DNA from: a virus
Lineage: Duplodnaviria > Caudoviricetes
DNA length: 64,000 bases
Direction: 5' to 3' (one strand)
IMG/VR virus record: IMGVR_UViG_3300034061_004620
The translations under genes were made by a program, and so were the position numbers. Under the pieces are notes generated by a model. The model had not been told where the DNA came from, made no database searches, and saw only the letters and a program-made list of their open reading frames with translations. Positions 37,864-47,836 of the stretch are shown one piece after another. How positions within the stretch are numbered: the first letter of the stretch is position 1; each line of letters begins with the position of its first letter.

Positions 37864-38865
37864 ATGGCCACATCTTTAGCAGAAATTCGCGCTAAACTTC
37901 AAGCGCAAGAGAACCGTTCGCAAGGCGGACAATCACAAGGCGACAACGCCATCTATGCACACTGGAACATTCCAGAAGGCTCAAGTGCAAAAATTAGATT
38001 CCTACCAGACGCTAACACACAGAACTCATTCTTCTGGGTTGAGCGACTGATGATTCGCCTGCCGTTTGCAGGCATCAAAGGACAATCAGATTCAAAACCA
38101 GTTGTGGTACAGGTACCTTGCGTAGAAATGTATGGTGACGCCTGTCCTATTTTGGCAGAAGTACGTACTTGGTTCAAGGACCCAGGACTTGAAGAAATGG
38201 GTCGTAAGTACTGGAAAAAGAAAAGTTACTTGTTCCAAGGCTTTGTAAGAGAAAATCCATTGGCGGATGACAAAACACCTGAGAATCCTATTCGTAGATT
38301 CGTTATTAGTCCCCAGATCTTTAATTTAATCAAGGCTGCACTTATGGACCCAGAATTAGAAAGCATGCCAACTGATTACACCGCTGGTTTGGATTTTACT
38401 GTGACAAAAACTTCTAAGGGCGGCTATGCAGATTACAGCACCAGTAAGTGGAGCCGCAAAGAGACTGCGCTGAACGCACAAGAACAAGGTGCAATTGACA
38501 GCTTTGGTCTTTATAACTTAAGTGACTTCTTACCCAAGCGTCCAGGTGAAGTTGAACTAAAGGTGATCAAGGAAATGTTTGAAGCAAGTGTGGACGGCCA
38601 AGCATATGATCCAGAGCGTTGGAGTCAATATTTCAAGCCCAGCGGCTTTCAAACAAAAGGCGGTGACGATACAGAAAATACTTCGGCATCTACACCTGCT
38701 GCCAAAACAGCTCCTGCTCCCGTTCAATCTGCTGCACCAATTGATGCCGATGAGGAAGATGACGCACCAGTGGCAACTGCACCTGTGCAAGCCTCTGCTG
38801 CCAAACCATCAAGTCAACGAGCTGAGGATATCTTGGCTATGATTAGGAACCGTAGCAAGCAATAA
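37864..38865 (+). CDS. gp32: Single-stranded DNA-binding protein, T4 gp32-like
   Basis: Start MATSLAEIRAKL after SD AAGGAG; IRFLPD, CPIL, RKYWKKKSYL, DYSTSKW. Confidence 0.92.
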   Translation: MATSLAEIRAKLQAQENRSQGGQSQGDNAIYAHWNIPEGSSAKIRFLPDANTQNSFFWVERLMIRLPFAGIKGQSDSKPVVVQVPCVEMYGDACPILAEVRTWFKDPGLEEMGRKYWKKKSYLFQGFVRENPLADDKTPENPIRRFVISPQIFNLIKAALMDPELESMPTDYTAGLDFTVTKTSKGGYADYSTSKWSRKETALNAQEQGAIDSFGLYNLSDFLPKRPGEVELKVIKEMFEASVDGQAYDPERWSQYFKPSGFQTKGGDDTENTSASTPAAKTAPAPVQSAAPIDADEEDDAPVATAPVQASAAKPSSQRAEDILAMIRNRSKQ

Positions 38866-38872
38866 GGTAAAA

Positions 38873-39481
38873 ATGTTATCACAACTTGATAACATCATTT
38901 TTCCAGATCGTTGTGATGTGCTTGAAATAGTGCCATCACAACGATATGTCTATCCTATATACAAAAACGGAAGTAGCAGTTTATATAGTTCAGGATTCAG
39001 ACTCGTGAATAATGATGAGTTAAAGCATATACCTGTAATCGATATCTATGTTCGTAATCCGTACGATCGTTTTGTTACTGGTGTAAATACCTTCTTAAAA
39101 CATAATTCCAAATTAGATAGAGAAACTGCATTACACTTTGTAACTAATTATCTGTTTTTGAATAGACATTTTTGCCCGCAGTTTTATTGGTTAGTTAACC
39201 TACAACGATATACTGATGCAAAGATTAAAATTAATCCAATTGAGTCTTTGGCAGAAGTAACATCACTAAAATATAATGTCACCGAAGATTCTAAGTTAGA
39301 TGAAATTCTTAGTACAGACAAATTACATTTTTATTTGTCAATTGATAAAGTTTTGACAGAAGATTTATTAGGAAAAACTGTGCCATTCAACTTGATCCTT
39401 AATACCATAAAACATAGATATACTGAAATTTATAATGAAATAATTCAACGGAGTATTGACGTATGCAATGTCCTCGCTTAG
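38873..39481 (+). CDS. Sulfotransferase-family (Sulfotransfer_2-like) protein
   Basis: PIYKNGSSS (5'-PSB-like), VRNPYDRFVTG (3'-PB-like), HFCPQ. Confidence 0.6.
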   Translation: MLSQLDNIIFPDRCDVLEIVPSQRYVYPIYKNGSSSLYSSGFRLVNNDELKHIPVIDIYVRNPYDRFVTGVNTFLKHNSKLDRETALHFVTNYLFLNRHFCPQFYWLVNLQRYTDAKIKINPIESLAEVTSLKYNVTEDSKLDEILSTDKLHFYLSIDKVLTEDLLGKTVPFNLILNTIKHRYTEIYNEIIQRSIDVCNVLA

Positions 39482-40410
39482 ATCATTTTGTAAGATTCAA
39501 TTCAAATGGTACAGTTAGTAGATGTGGACATATGACCAATGCTCCGCAGTTTGATACCTTACGTGAAATGGAAGACAGCTCATGGTTACTTGGTGTAAAG
39601 GCCGAATTAGAATACGGAAATTGGCCAAAAGAATGTGTGCGTTGCCAAGAAACTGAAAATATTAACAATACCAGTATAAGGCTCAATGCAATTAAATTGG
39701 ATCAAATACAAACAAAGTCAGATTATTTAATAGTAGGTGGGATTCTTGATAATACTTGTAACAGTGGTTGTTTTACATGTGATGAGACATATAGCACCAA
39801 GATTGGTAGTTTAAAATCTCGTGTATATCCTATAATAAACAATTCTAATAAATTCTGGAACTTACCCTTAGACCGAATAGTTCATTTAGACATCAACGGT
39901 GGCGAACCAAGTGCAAGTAAAAATTACAAAGAAATATTACAAAATCCTCCGTCAAATGTAAAATCAATTAGAATTAACACAAACGGATCAATTGTTATTG
40001 ATGAAATAAAACAGCTTATTGACAAAGGAATAAAGGTTACTGTGACAGTTAGTCTTGATGGTATCGAAGAGGTACATGATTTTGTACGTTGGCCCATTAA
40101 ATGGGATAAGTTTTATTTAAACCTAATGCATTATAAGGCAATCGATAAATTAGAATTGAATACATGGACAACTGTGAGTGCATTAAATATTGGTAATTTT
40201 TTAAAAATTAAAAAGTTTGTAACAAAATATCAAATTAATCATTCTTATGCATTTTTACAATATCCAGAATCAATAAATGTTAAGTATAAAAATAATCTAA
40301 CATTACCTTATAAAAATATTTTTCCAAATATAGTAGCTATTGATAAAGAAAATCAAATTGATCTTGATGAATTCATAATGAAACAAAAAAAATTGCGTAA
40401 CCTGCAATAA
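39463..40410 (+). CDS. Radical SAM protein with N-terminal twitch/SPASM-like Cys cluster
   Basis: CNSGCFTC, NGGEP, NTNG; N-terminal CPRL..SRCGH..CVRC. Confidence 0.85.
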   Translation: MQCPRLDHFVRFNSNGTVSRCGHMTNAPQFDTLREMEDSSWLLGVKAELEYGNWPKECVRCQETENINNTSIRLNAIKLDQIQTKSDYLIVGGILDNTCNSGCFTCDETYSTKIGSLKSRVYPIINNSNKFWNLPLDRIVHLDINGGEPSASKNYKEILQNPPSNVKSIRINTNGSIVIDEIKQLIDKGIKVTVTVSLDGIEEVHDFVRWPIKWDKFYLNLMHYKAIDKLELNTWTTVSALNIGNFLKIKKFVTKYQINHSYAFLQYPESINVKYKNNLTLPYKNIFPNIVAIDKENQIDLDEFIMKQKKLRNLQ

Positions 40411-40434
40411 TTTTTAGGAATTATACAAACTAAA

Positions 40435-40983
40435 ATGAAAATAGCAATAACTGGTTATAGTGCAGGCATTGGGCAAGCATTAGCAAAAATTTACCAACAG
40501 CAAGGACACGAAATCATTGGCCTTAGTAGACGTAATGGATATAATATCAGAAGCATCAATAAAATTGTTGCTATGGTTGAACACTGCGATATTTTTATTA
40601 ATAACGCCCAAGTAGGCTTCGCGCAGACAGAGTTGTTGTTTGCTATCTATAAGTTGTGGCATAACCAAAAAGATAAATCAATTATTAATATTAGCTCGAT
40701 GCTTACATCTTTTCCTGTATGCACACTGCCAGGAATCGAAATGACGGAATATTTTGTGCAGAAGAAATCTCTTGAAGAAGCTATTTCACAACTAAGAAAT
40801 TATCAAGCCTGGCCAAAACTTTATTTAATTAAGCCTGGTGCAGTAGCAACACAACCAGGACAGACTGATTGCACATCATATGCCAATGTAGATGAATGGG
40901 CTATTCAATTGATAAAAATTTTAGATGCTGGTCCTACCTTAGATGTTTGTGAAATAGCATTGGGTGTAAATTATGGACAGTAA
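40435..40983 (+). CDS. Short-chain dehydrogenase/reductase (compact)
   Basis: ITGYSAGIG, FINNA, IINISS, YFVQK (YxxxK). Confidence 0.85.
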   Translation: MKIAITGYSAGIGQALAKIYQQQGHEIIGLSRRNGYNIRSINKIVAMVEHCDIFINNAQVGFAQTELLFAIYKLWHNQKDKSIINISSMLTSFPVCTLPGIEMTEYFVQKKSLEEAISQLRNYQAWPKLYLIKPGAVATQPGQTDCTSYANVDEWAIQLIKILDAGPTLDVCEIALGVNYGQ

Positions 40984-42121
40984 AGAATATTTAACTAATC
41001 GTAACTTTTGCCCAATGCCGTGGACTGGATTAATGTATAATTTTGACGGTACAGTTAAAAATTGTATAAGAAGCTCAGCACCAATTGGTAATATACAAGA
41101 AAAGTCAATTGAACAAATTATTAATAATAATACAAATATCCACACTCGATCAGAAATGATTGCAAATAGGCCTGGCCCAAATTGTAATCCTTGTTATGAA
41201 TTAGAGAAAACAAAGAATAAATTTGATATAATAAGTGATAGAGTTTTTTATTTAAAAGAATTAAAACAAGTGCCAATGAGCACATATGAGCAGACACAAA
41301 ATTTTGACTTACATACAATTGACGTTAGATGGACAAATTTATGTAATTTTGCATGTGTTTATTGCGGCCCAGAATTTAGCAGTAAATGGGCCAGTGAATT
41401 GAATGAGCAGTTACAAGTGCCAACAGATCAAGCCAAAGAAAATTTTAAAAGTTTTGTCTTATCTCGCACAAAAAATTTAAAACATGTATATCTCGCCGGC
41501 GGCGAACCATTACTCATGAAAGAAAACTTGGAGCTATTGGAAAAATTATACATAGAAAATCCTGAAGTAAACCTAAGAATTAATACAAATTTAAGTAAAG
41601 TAGATACCAGTGTATTTGATCAAGTGTGCAAATTCAAAAATGTGCATTGGACTATTAGTGTTGAAACAATAGATAAAGAATACGAATATATTAGGTACGG
41701 TGGTAGTTGGACCGACTTTGTTGATAATTTAGCTGTGGTCAAAAGTTTAAATCATAAAATAACGTTCAACATGTTATATTTTTTATTAAATTATAGTTCA
41801 ATATTTGATTGTATAGAATATCTTCAGCAAATGGGATTTCATAATAACAGTTTTGTTATAGGAGCTTTAATTGGACCTGCTTTTTTTGACGTACGGCATT
41901 TACCAGGCAGCGTTTTAAACGACGTTGCTAAAGAGCTTGAAATTCGAATTTCACAATCACCAAAATTTTTACTTGAAAATAGTTACCAAAACTTATTACA
42001 ATACATAAAAAAACCAATGAACAAAGATTTAAAAAATTCCTTTACAATGATAAAAAATATTGATAAACGACGAAATCTAAACAGCAAAGACATTTTTCCA
42101 AAATTGTATGCTTATGAATGA
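40973..42121 (+). CDS. Radical SAM protein with N-terminal twitch domain
   Basis: FCPMPW..DGTVKNC..CNPC; CNFACVYC; AGGEP; NTN. Confidence 0.9.
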   Translation: MDSKEYLTNRNFCPMPWTGLMYNFDGTVKNCIRSSAPIGNIQEKSIEQIINNNTNIHTRSEMIANRPGPNCNPCYELEKTKNKFDIISDRVFYLKELKQVPMSTYEQTQNFDLHTIDVRWTNLCNFACVYCGPEFSSKWASELNEQLQVPTDQAKENFKSFVLSRTKNLKHVYLAGGEPLLMKENLELLEKLYIENPEVNLRINTNLSKVDTSVFDQVCKFKNVHWTISVETIDKEYEYIRYGGSWTDFVDNLAVVKSLNHKITFNMLYFLLNYSSIFDCIEYLQQMGFHNNSFVIGALIGPAFFDVRHLPGSVLNDVAKELEIRISQSPKFLLENSYQNLLQYIKKPMNKDLKNSFTMIKNIDKRRNLNSKDIFPKLYAYE

Positions 42122-43286
42122 TATAAAATCAATTGGGTTTGCATTAGATCCCAATAATATACCTGCATTTCTATTAGATTGGGAGCTTACAAAACTTTGC
42201 AATTTAGATTGTAGTTATTGTGGAGTTGGCATAGAATGGGGAGGTCATGACAATAACACAAAGCATCCGGCAAAAAAAGAATGTTTTGACACTATAGATT
42301 TTATGTATGCCTATGTTGATTTATATATGAAAAATAAGAAACCAAGTCAACGCAAAGTTATTCTTAATGTTTACGGCGGGGAAAGTTTATTTCATCCAGA
42401 TATTGTAGAAATTTTGCATGAATGCAGAAATAGATATCAAATATATAAAAATAATTGGCATCTTACAATTACTTGTACAACTAATGGGGTGGTAGGATTC
42501 AATAATTGGAGACGAATTGTTCCCTTAATTGATGAATTTACTGTGAGTTATCACTCAGAGAATTTACCTAAGCAAAAACAACAATATAAAGATAATATTT
42601 TGTTTCTTAAGAAACAAAATAAAAGGTTTAAATGTGTAATTATGATGCATAACAATAAGGAATTATTTGAAGATTCTGAATCTATAGCTCAGTTTTGCAA
42701 CACACACGGTATTCGCTACGTGCTAAAGCCTTTGGATAATACCGGAGACGAATGGAAATATTCTATAGATCAATTTGAAAAAATGAAAACTTTTTGGATT
42801 AATACTGTGCCTGAATCCAAAAAAGATAATAACCGTAAAATTTTTCAAATTTTAAATGAAGGTACAAAGGTATCAAGTATACACGAAGGACGGGCTTGCT
42901 GCGGTGGAAGAAAATTAAGTATTAACAGCGATCTTAAATCAAATGTAACATATGTACCAAAACAAGGATTTCGAGATTGGTACTGTAGTGTAAATTGGTT
43001 TTTTCTATTTGTACAACAATTAACCGGTAACATTTATACAAATAAAGATTGCCGTACAAGTACAACTGGTCGGGTAGAACCATTGGGAAATTTAAGGTCA
43101 ACTAAAGAATTATTGGATAATGTAAAAACACAACTTGACAATCACTCTATGCCTGTTATAAAATGTGTAAAAGATATTTGCCAGTGTGGCTTCTGTGCTC
43201 CAAAAGCAGATAACATGAAAGATTATAAAGAATTATTTGATAGACAATTAGACAAGGAAAAATATCATGGCAACCAAACCCTTTGA
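42108..43286 (+). CDS. Radical SAM protein with C-terminal SPASM-like domain
   Basis: CNLDCSYC, YGGES, TTNG, SYH; C-terminal CCGG..CSVNW..DC..C..ICQCGFC. Confidence 0.9.
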   Translation: MLMNDIKSIGFALDPNNIPAFLLDWELTKLCNLDCSYCGVGIEWGGHDNNTKHPAKKECFDTIDFMYAYVDLYMKNKKPSQRKVILNVYGGESLFHPDIVEILHECRNRYQIYKNNWHLTITCTTNGVVGFNNWRRIVPLIDEFTVSYHSENLPKQKQQYKDNILFLKKQNKRFKCVIMMHNNKELFEDSESIAQFCNTHGIRYVLKPLDNTGDEWKYSIDQFEKMKTFWINTVPESKKDNNRKIFQILNEGTKVSSIHEGRACCGGRKLSINSDLKSNVTYVPKQGFRDWYCSVNWFFLFVQQLTGNIYTNKDCRTSTTGRVEPLGNLRSTKELLDNVKTQLDNHSMPVIKCVKDICQCGFCAPKADNMKDYKELFDRQLDKEKYHGNQTL

Positions 43287-44337
43287 TGTATCAAAATTTC
43301 GCAAAAGTATTACAAAAAGTATTGACGGTATCTCAGTTGGATTCAACGACCCAACAGATTGGATCAGCACAAACAACTACGCTCTTAACTATCTTATATC
43401 TGGAGACTTTAACAAGGGTATTCCAATGGGAAAGGTCACTGTATTTGCTGGCGAATCTGGTGCGGGCAAATCCTTTATCTGCTCAGGAAATCTTGTCAAG
43501 AACGCTCAAGAACAAGGTATCTATGTTATACTCATTGACACCGAAAACGCTCTTGATGAGGCTTGGTTACACGCACTCGGAGTGGATACTGCTGAGGACA
43601 AACTACTTAAACTTAATATGGCAATGATTGACGATGTGGCCAAAATGATTACTGAGTTTGTAAAAGAATACAAAACACTACCGGAAGACCAACGTCCCAA
43701 GGTGTTAATCGTGTTAGACAGTTTGGGCATGTTGCTCACCCCAACTGACGTAAATCAGTTCGAAGCAGGTGACTTGAAAGGTGACATGGGCCGTAAGCCC
43801 AAAGCACTGACTGCCTTGGTTCGTAACTGCGTTAACATGTTTGGCAGTTTAAATATTGGTCTGGTAGCAACCAACCATACCTATGCCAGTCAGGACATGT
43901 TTGATCCTGATGACAAGATCTCAGGTGGTCAAGGTTTTATCTATGCAAGTTCTATTGTAGTCGCTATGCGTAAGTTAAAGTTAAAAGAAGACGAAGATGG
44001 TAATAAAATTAGCGAAGTAAAAGGTATTCGTGCAGCATGCAAGATCATGAAAACACGTTATGCTAAACCGTTCGAATCAGTACAGGTCAAGATCCCTTAC
44101 GAACAGGGAATGAATCCATACTCTGGATTAGTTGACATGTTTGAAGGAAAAGGATTATTACAGAAAGAAGGTAATAGTCTTAAATACACCTTAGCAGATG
44201 GCACTGTAATTAAGCAGTTTCGTAAGGCCTGGGAGCGTAACGAAGGTGGCAGTCTTGATAGTGTAATGACTGACTATACTGCCAATCCACATCAACATCT
44301 TGCCGCAGAACACCAAAATACAGTAGATGATGAATGA
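43267..44337 (+). CDS. uvsX: RecA-like recombinase UvsX
   Basis: FAGESGAGKS (Walker A), IDTENA, LDSLG, NHTY, SGG.GF.YASS. Confidence 0.95.
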   Translation: MATKPFDVSKFRKSITKSIDGISVGFNDPTDWISTNNYALNYLISGDFNKGIPMGKVTVFAGESGAGKSFICSGNLVKNAQEQGIYVILIDTENALDEAWLHALGVDTAEDKLLKLNMAMIDDVAKMITEFVKEYKTLPEDQRPKVLIVLDSLGMLLTPTDVNQFEAGDLKGDMGRKPKALTALVRNCVNMFGSLNIGLVATNHTYASQDMFDPDDKISGGQGFIYASSIVVAMRKLKLKEDEDGNKISEVKGIRAACKIMKTRYAKPFESVQVKIPYEQGMNPYSGLVDMFEGKGLLQKEGNSLKYTLADGTVIKQFRKAWERNEGGSLDSVMTDYTANPHQHLAAEHQNTVDDE

Positions 44338-45022
44338 GCTTAATTTGGTCAGCTCGGCAACTGTAACTAAACATAATCCTATAGTCAAAGTTAGGCCTTA
44401 TGTGCCATGTTTACAAATTGAGTGGATGATAAGTAAACGTTGCAATTTTGATTGTAGTTATTGTCCTCCAATTTGGCACGATAAAACTTCTAAGGACTTA
44501 ACATTAGATGAATTAAAAAATGCCTGGCTAAAAATTATAAAAGTATCAGAACACAAAACAGAACAAAAAATTCATTTAACAATTTTAGGTGGCGAGCCAA
44601 GTTTAAATAAAAATTTATTACCTTTTTTGCAATGGGCAAGAAATAATTTTTCAGATAGAATAGGTCAAATTGGCACTATTACTAACGGAAGTGCTAATTC
44701 AAATTTTTACACAGAATTAGTTAGTTATTGCGATTGGGTGACATTTTCTACTCACAGTGAGTTCATGAATGAGAGAAAATTTTTTAGAAACGTAATCAAA
44801 GCACACCGAGCAAGTAAAAAAAAGAATGCAATGGTAATGGTCAATTTGATGCAAGAATCATGGTTCAATGAAAGAATACATTTGTATCAAAAATTTTTAA
44901 ACAAATTTAATATTGCTAATTATATGCATCAAATTGAATATAACGAAGGATTCAACGAATTTAACGGAAAACGTGCAGATGTAAAACCGGTGAAATTAAT
45001 AAAAAAAATGAAATTTATATGA
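44327..45022 (+). CDS. Radical SAM core protein (no auxiliary domain)
   Basis: IEWMISKRCNFDCSYC, LGGEP, ITNGS, FSTHSE. Confidence 0.85.
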   Translation: MMNELNLVSSATVTKHNPIVKVRPYVPCLQIEWMISKRCNFDCSYCPPIWHDKTSKDLTLDELKNAWLKIIKVSEHKTEQKIHLTILGGEPSLNKNLLPFLQWARNNFSDRIGQIGTITNGSANSNFYTELVSYCDWVTFSTHSEFMNERKFFRNVIKAHRASKKKNAMVMVNLMQESWFNERIHLYQKFLNKFNIANYMHQIEYNEGFNEFNGKRADVKPVKLIKKMKFI

Positions 45023-45348
45023 CAACACTAACTAAAGATCACCATTGTAATGCAATAGTTACTCTACGTGACGGTACTGAAATTGAAGTTTTTGCTAATC
45101 AATTGTTAGACAAAAATCTCCATCATTGGAAAGGTTGGTATTGTCACGCCGGAGTTGATAGAATTGTAATTAATGATGATTTTAGTGTGCATAGCGGAAG
45201 ATGTTTAAACGATCATCTTGGCAATTTATTAGACGACAATTTTAAACTTTTTACAGAACCCACAATATGTCGTCAACAAGAATGTTCAATATGCCACGGG
45301 GATTTGTATGTTGAAAAAAAACTTGATTGGAAAAAGGATGAAATATGA
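45019..45348 (+). CDS. Stand-alone SPASM/twitch-like Cys-rich protein
   Basis: WYCHAG..I.D..V.SGRC..LGNL..PTIC..CSIC; overlaps the stop of the rSAM core gene (ATGA). Confidence 0.7.
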   Translation: MTTLTKDHHCNAIVTLRDGTEIEVFANQLLDKNLHHWKGWYCHAGVDRIVINDDFSVHSGRCLNDHLGNLLDDNFKLFTEPTICRQQECSICHGDLYVEKKLDWKKDEI

Positions 45349-45566
45349 GCATTGATGTTGAAGTTTTGATTGAAACTTATATAACGTTAAAAGAATACGT
45401 TCCTGCCAAAGAACGACAAGCAGCGGCTGATAACTTAGTAAGTATGCTTGTTGATAATCTGAGCGACAAGGAACTGAGAGAATTTGGCGGTGCTGATAGT
45501 TACACCAAGCGAGCACTGGAAGAATATCTTGACGACGAGGACGACGAACTTGATTACGAAGAGTAA
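45345..45566 (+). CDS. Conserved small acidic phage protein
   Basis: 73 aa, SD AAGGA, acidic tail; lies between the uvsX and uvsY regions. Confidence 0.7.
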   Translation: MSIDVEVLIETYITLKEYVPAKERQAAADNLVSMLVDNLSDKELREFGGADSYTKRALEEYLDDEDDELDYEE

Positions 45567-46018
45567 TGTGGTATAATCGTGTTGTGGCAGATCTTGGCGA
45601 GATTCCGGCCTTCATTGATTATTATGAAGGCGAACTCGCACAGGCAAAAACAGAAACATACATACGAGGTAATGTCGAAAAGTCCGCTGCGAATCTACCG
45701 GGTATTACAGAGCACCGATTTAACCAGCTTCAGGAGATCGAGGCTGTACTTAACTATCTTAATATACAACTTCGCAAGATTAGACGAAAGCATTTTCAAA
45801 AATACTTGGAATCTTATGCCCGAGCTCTTACAAGTCGCGACGCTGAGAAATATACAGATGGTGAGGACGAAGTCATTGACTTTGAAACTATCATTAACGA
45901 AGTTGCTTTGCTTAGAAACAAATGGCTTGGAGTTATGAAAGGTTTAGAAAGTAAAAATTTCATGTTAGGACATGTGGTAAGACTGCGTACAGCCGGGATG
46001 GAGGACATTTCGGTTTGA
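45566..46018 (+). CDS. uvsY: Recombination mediator UvsY
   Basis: KYLESYARALTSRDAEKY.DGE..INEVALLRNKWLG.MKGL..K..LRTAGMED. Confidence 0.8.
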   Translation: MWYNRVVADLGEIPAFIDYYEGELAQAKTETYIRGNVEKSAANLPGITEHRFNQLQEIEAVLNYLNIQLRKIRRKHFQKYLESYARALTSRDAEKYTDGEDEVIDFETIINEVALLRNKWLGVMKGLESKNFMLGHVVRLRTAGMEDISV

Positions 46019-46269
46019 TAAATTACAAGGAACGGGCAGAACAAATATTACGAGAATGGGCATTATGCTCAAATGCCCGTCCCAAGTATAACGCTGTAGA
46101 CATACAAATTGAAAAAGATACGTGTGGTCGTTGGGCAACTAATCTTATCCATAATTTAAATTGGGGATCAGAAACTGAACTTGCCGAGGCTTGTAATCAA
46201 CTTGAATCAAGATTAAAACCTTTAAAAGAAAAAATAATTATTGAGGTAATACAAAATGGTGCAATTTAA
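46015..46269 (+). CDS. Hypothetical protein (84 aa)
   Basis: Coupled ORF with overlaps on both sides. Confidence 0.6.
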   Translation: MINYKERAEQILREWALCSNARPKYNAVDIQIEKDTCGRWATNLIHNLNWGSETELAEACNQLESRLKPLKEKIIIEVIQNGAI

Positions 46270-47017
46270 AAATGCATTCGAAAGTCATCAACATAGTTTA
46301 CAAACATTGGATCTACTTTATGGATACGATAGCTTTTTAGATAGTTTGGAATTTGTGGCTGACTTTGGTTGTGGCGCTGGATTAGACACAAAGTGGTGGG
46401 CTACATTAGAAACCAGAGATGATCCCCCAGAATCAAGAAATTATAAGACCTATGCAGTTGATATCAATAAAAACATTATTGATCCCGGGTTATCTCAATT
46501 AGAAAATGTATACGTTGTTAATGAAGATTTTGATACAGCTGATTGTCCAATTTCAAGAAGTGTTGATCTCATTTGGTGCCATAATGCTTTTCAGTATGTT
46601 ACCAATCCTCTATCGACCCTTCGTACTTGGAATTCTCAATTGGTGCCCGACGGGATGCTAATTCTAATTTTTCCGCAGAACAGTCACTACTCCTATAATA
46701 GATTAAACAATCATAGCTATAATGGTTGTTACTACAATCATAATCTTGTAAATTTAATATACATGTTGGCAGTCAACGGATTTGATTGTAGAGATGCGTA
46801 TTTTCTTAAAGAGGAAAACAATCCATGGCTACACGCTGCTGTATACAAATCAAATATTGCACCAATGGACCCAAAGAAAACAACCTGGTTTGATTTAGCA
46901 GATCTTAACTTGATTAATGACAGCGTGATTGATAGTCTTAATAAATTCAGCTATGTTAAACAAGAAGAAATTATTACAACTTGGCTTGATAAAAATTTCC
47001 ACTTTCCAAAAGAATGA
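46256..47017 (+). CDS. Class I SAM-dependent methyltransferase
   Basis: VADFGCGAG, AVDIN, DLIWCHNAFQY, L.PDGMLIL. Confidence 0.8.
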   Translation: MVQFKNAFESHQHSLQTLDLLYGYDSFLDSLEFVADFGCGAGLDTKWWATLETRDDPPESRNYKTYAVDINKNIIDPGLSQLENVYVVNEDFDTADCPISRSVDLIWCHNAFQYVTNPLSTLRTWNSQLVPDGMLILIFPQNSHYSYNRLNNHSYNGCYYNHNLVNLIYMLAVNGFDCRDAYFLKEENNPWLHAAVYKSNIAPMDPKKTTWFDLADLNLINDSVIDSLNKFSYVKQEEIITTWLDKNFHFPKE

Positions 47018-47793
47018 AAATAGTATTGGTTACTGGTGGATTTGATCCAGTACACTCTGGACACATATCTTATCTCAATCATGCTGATCACTTAGGCGAT
47101 TGGCTAATTGTTGGTTTAAATTCAGACGCCTGGCTTGCACATAAAAAAGGTAAACCATTTATGTCATGGCATGAGCGCATGACAATTCTTGACAATCTAC
47201 ACATGGTAGATCGTGTAATTGAGTTTGATGACCGTGACGGCACTGCATGTGATGCTATACGCAAGGCAAAAGAAATGTTCCCCAACGATACTATTATTTT
47301 TGCCAATGGTGGTGACAGAAATCAAGACAATATTCCTGAAATGATTTTTGATGATGTAGAATTTGTTTTTGGAGTAGGTGGAGAGGACAAAAAGAACAGT
47401 AGTAGTGATATTCTCAAGCGATGGACTTCTACGGAAGTACAGAGAAAATGGGGATCGTACACAGTATTAAACGAAATACCAGGCGCAAAAGTTAAAACTT
47501 TAAGAGTTGATCCAGGTCAAACTCTCAGTATGCAAAGACATCAGTATAGAAGTGAATACTGGATGGTTACAGAGGGCACTTGCATGATCAATATGGCCAT
47601 GCCCGGCGATTTAGATAACCCACCTAAGATCTTGGGAAAATATGACGAATGGCGTGTACCACGCAATGCCTGGCATCAACTTACTAATCCGTTTACAAAA
47701 CCTTGTACCATTGTAGAAATTCAGTATGGAGACCGGTGCGAAGAAGAAGATATCGAACGATTAGATGACGCCGGTCAAACAACGCAAATATAA
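47014..47793 (+). CDS. Cytidylyl/adenylyltransferase (HxGH) fused to a PMI type II-like cupin
   Basis: TGGFDPVHSGH..GLNSD..FANGGDR..K.NSSS; then RKWGSY..KVKTL.V.PGQTLSMQRHQYRSEYW..IVEIQYG..EEDIERL. Confidence 0.85.
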   Translation: MKIVLVTGGFDPVHSGHISYLNHADHLGDWLIVGLNSDAWLAHKKGKPFMSWHERMTILDNLHMVDRVIEFDDRDGTACDAIRKAKEMFPNDTIIFANGGDRNQDNIPEMIFDDVEFVFGVGGEDKKNSSSDILKRWTSTEVQRKWGSYTVLNEIPGAKVKTLRVDPGQTLSMQRHQYRSEYWMVTEGTCMINMAMPGDLDNPPKILGKYDEWRVPRNAWHQLTNPFTKPCTIVEIQYGDRCEEEDIERLDDAGQTTQI

Positions 47794-47836
47794 ATCTGTT
47801 TGTCTTTGTCTGTATTCTATAATTGCCTGTATAATT

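Noticed and set aside
34188-44337. Inteins or group I introns in terL, gp32 or uvsX
   Set aside because: Lengths are normal, motifs are contiguous, and no C...HN splice signatures or frame breaks are present.
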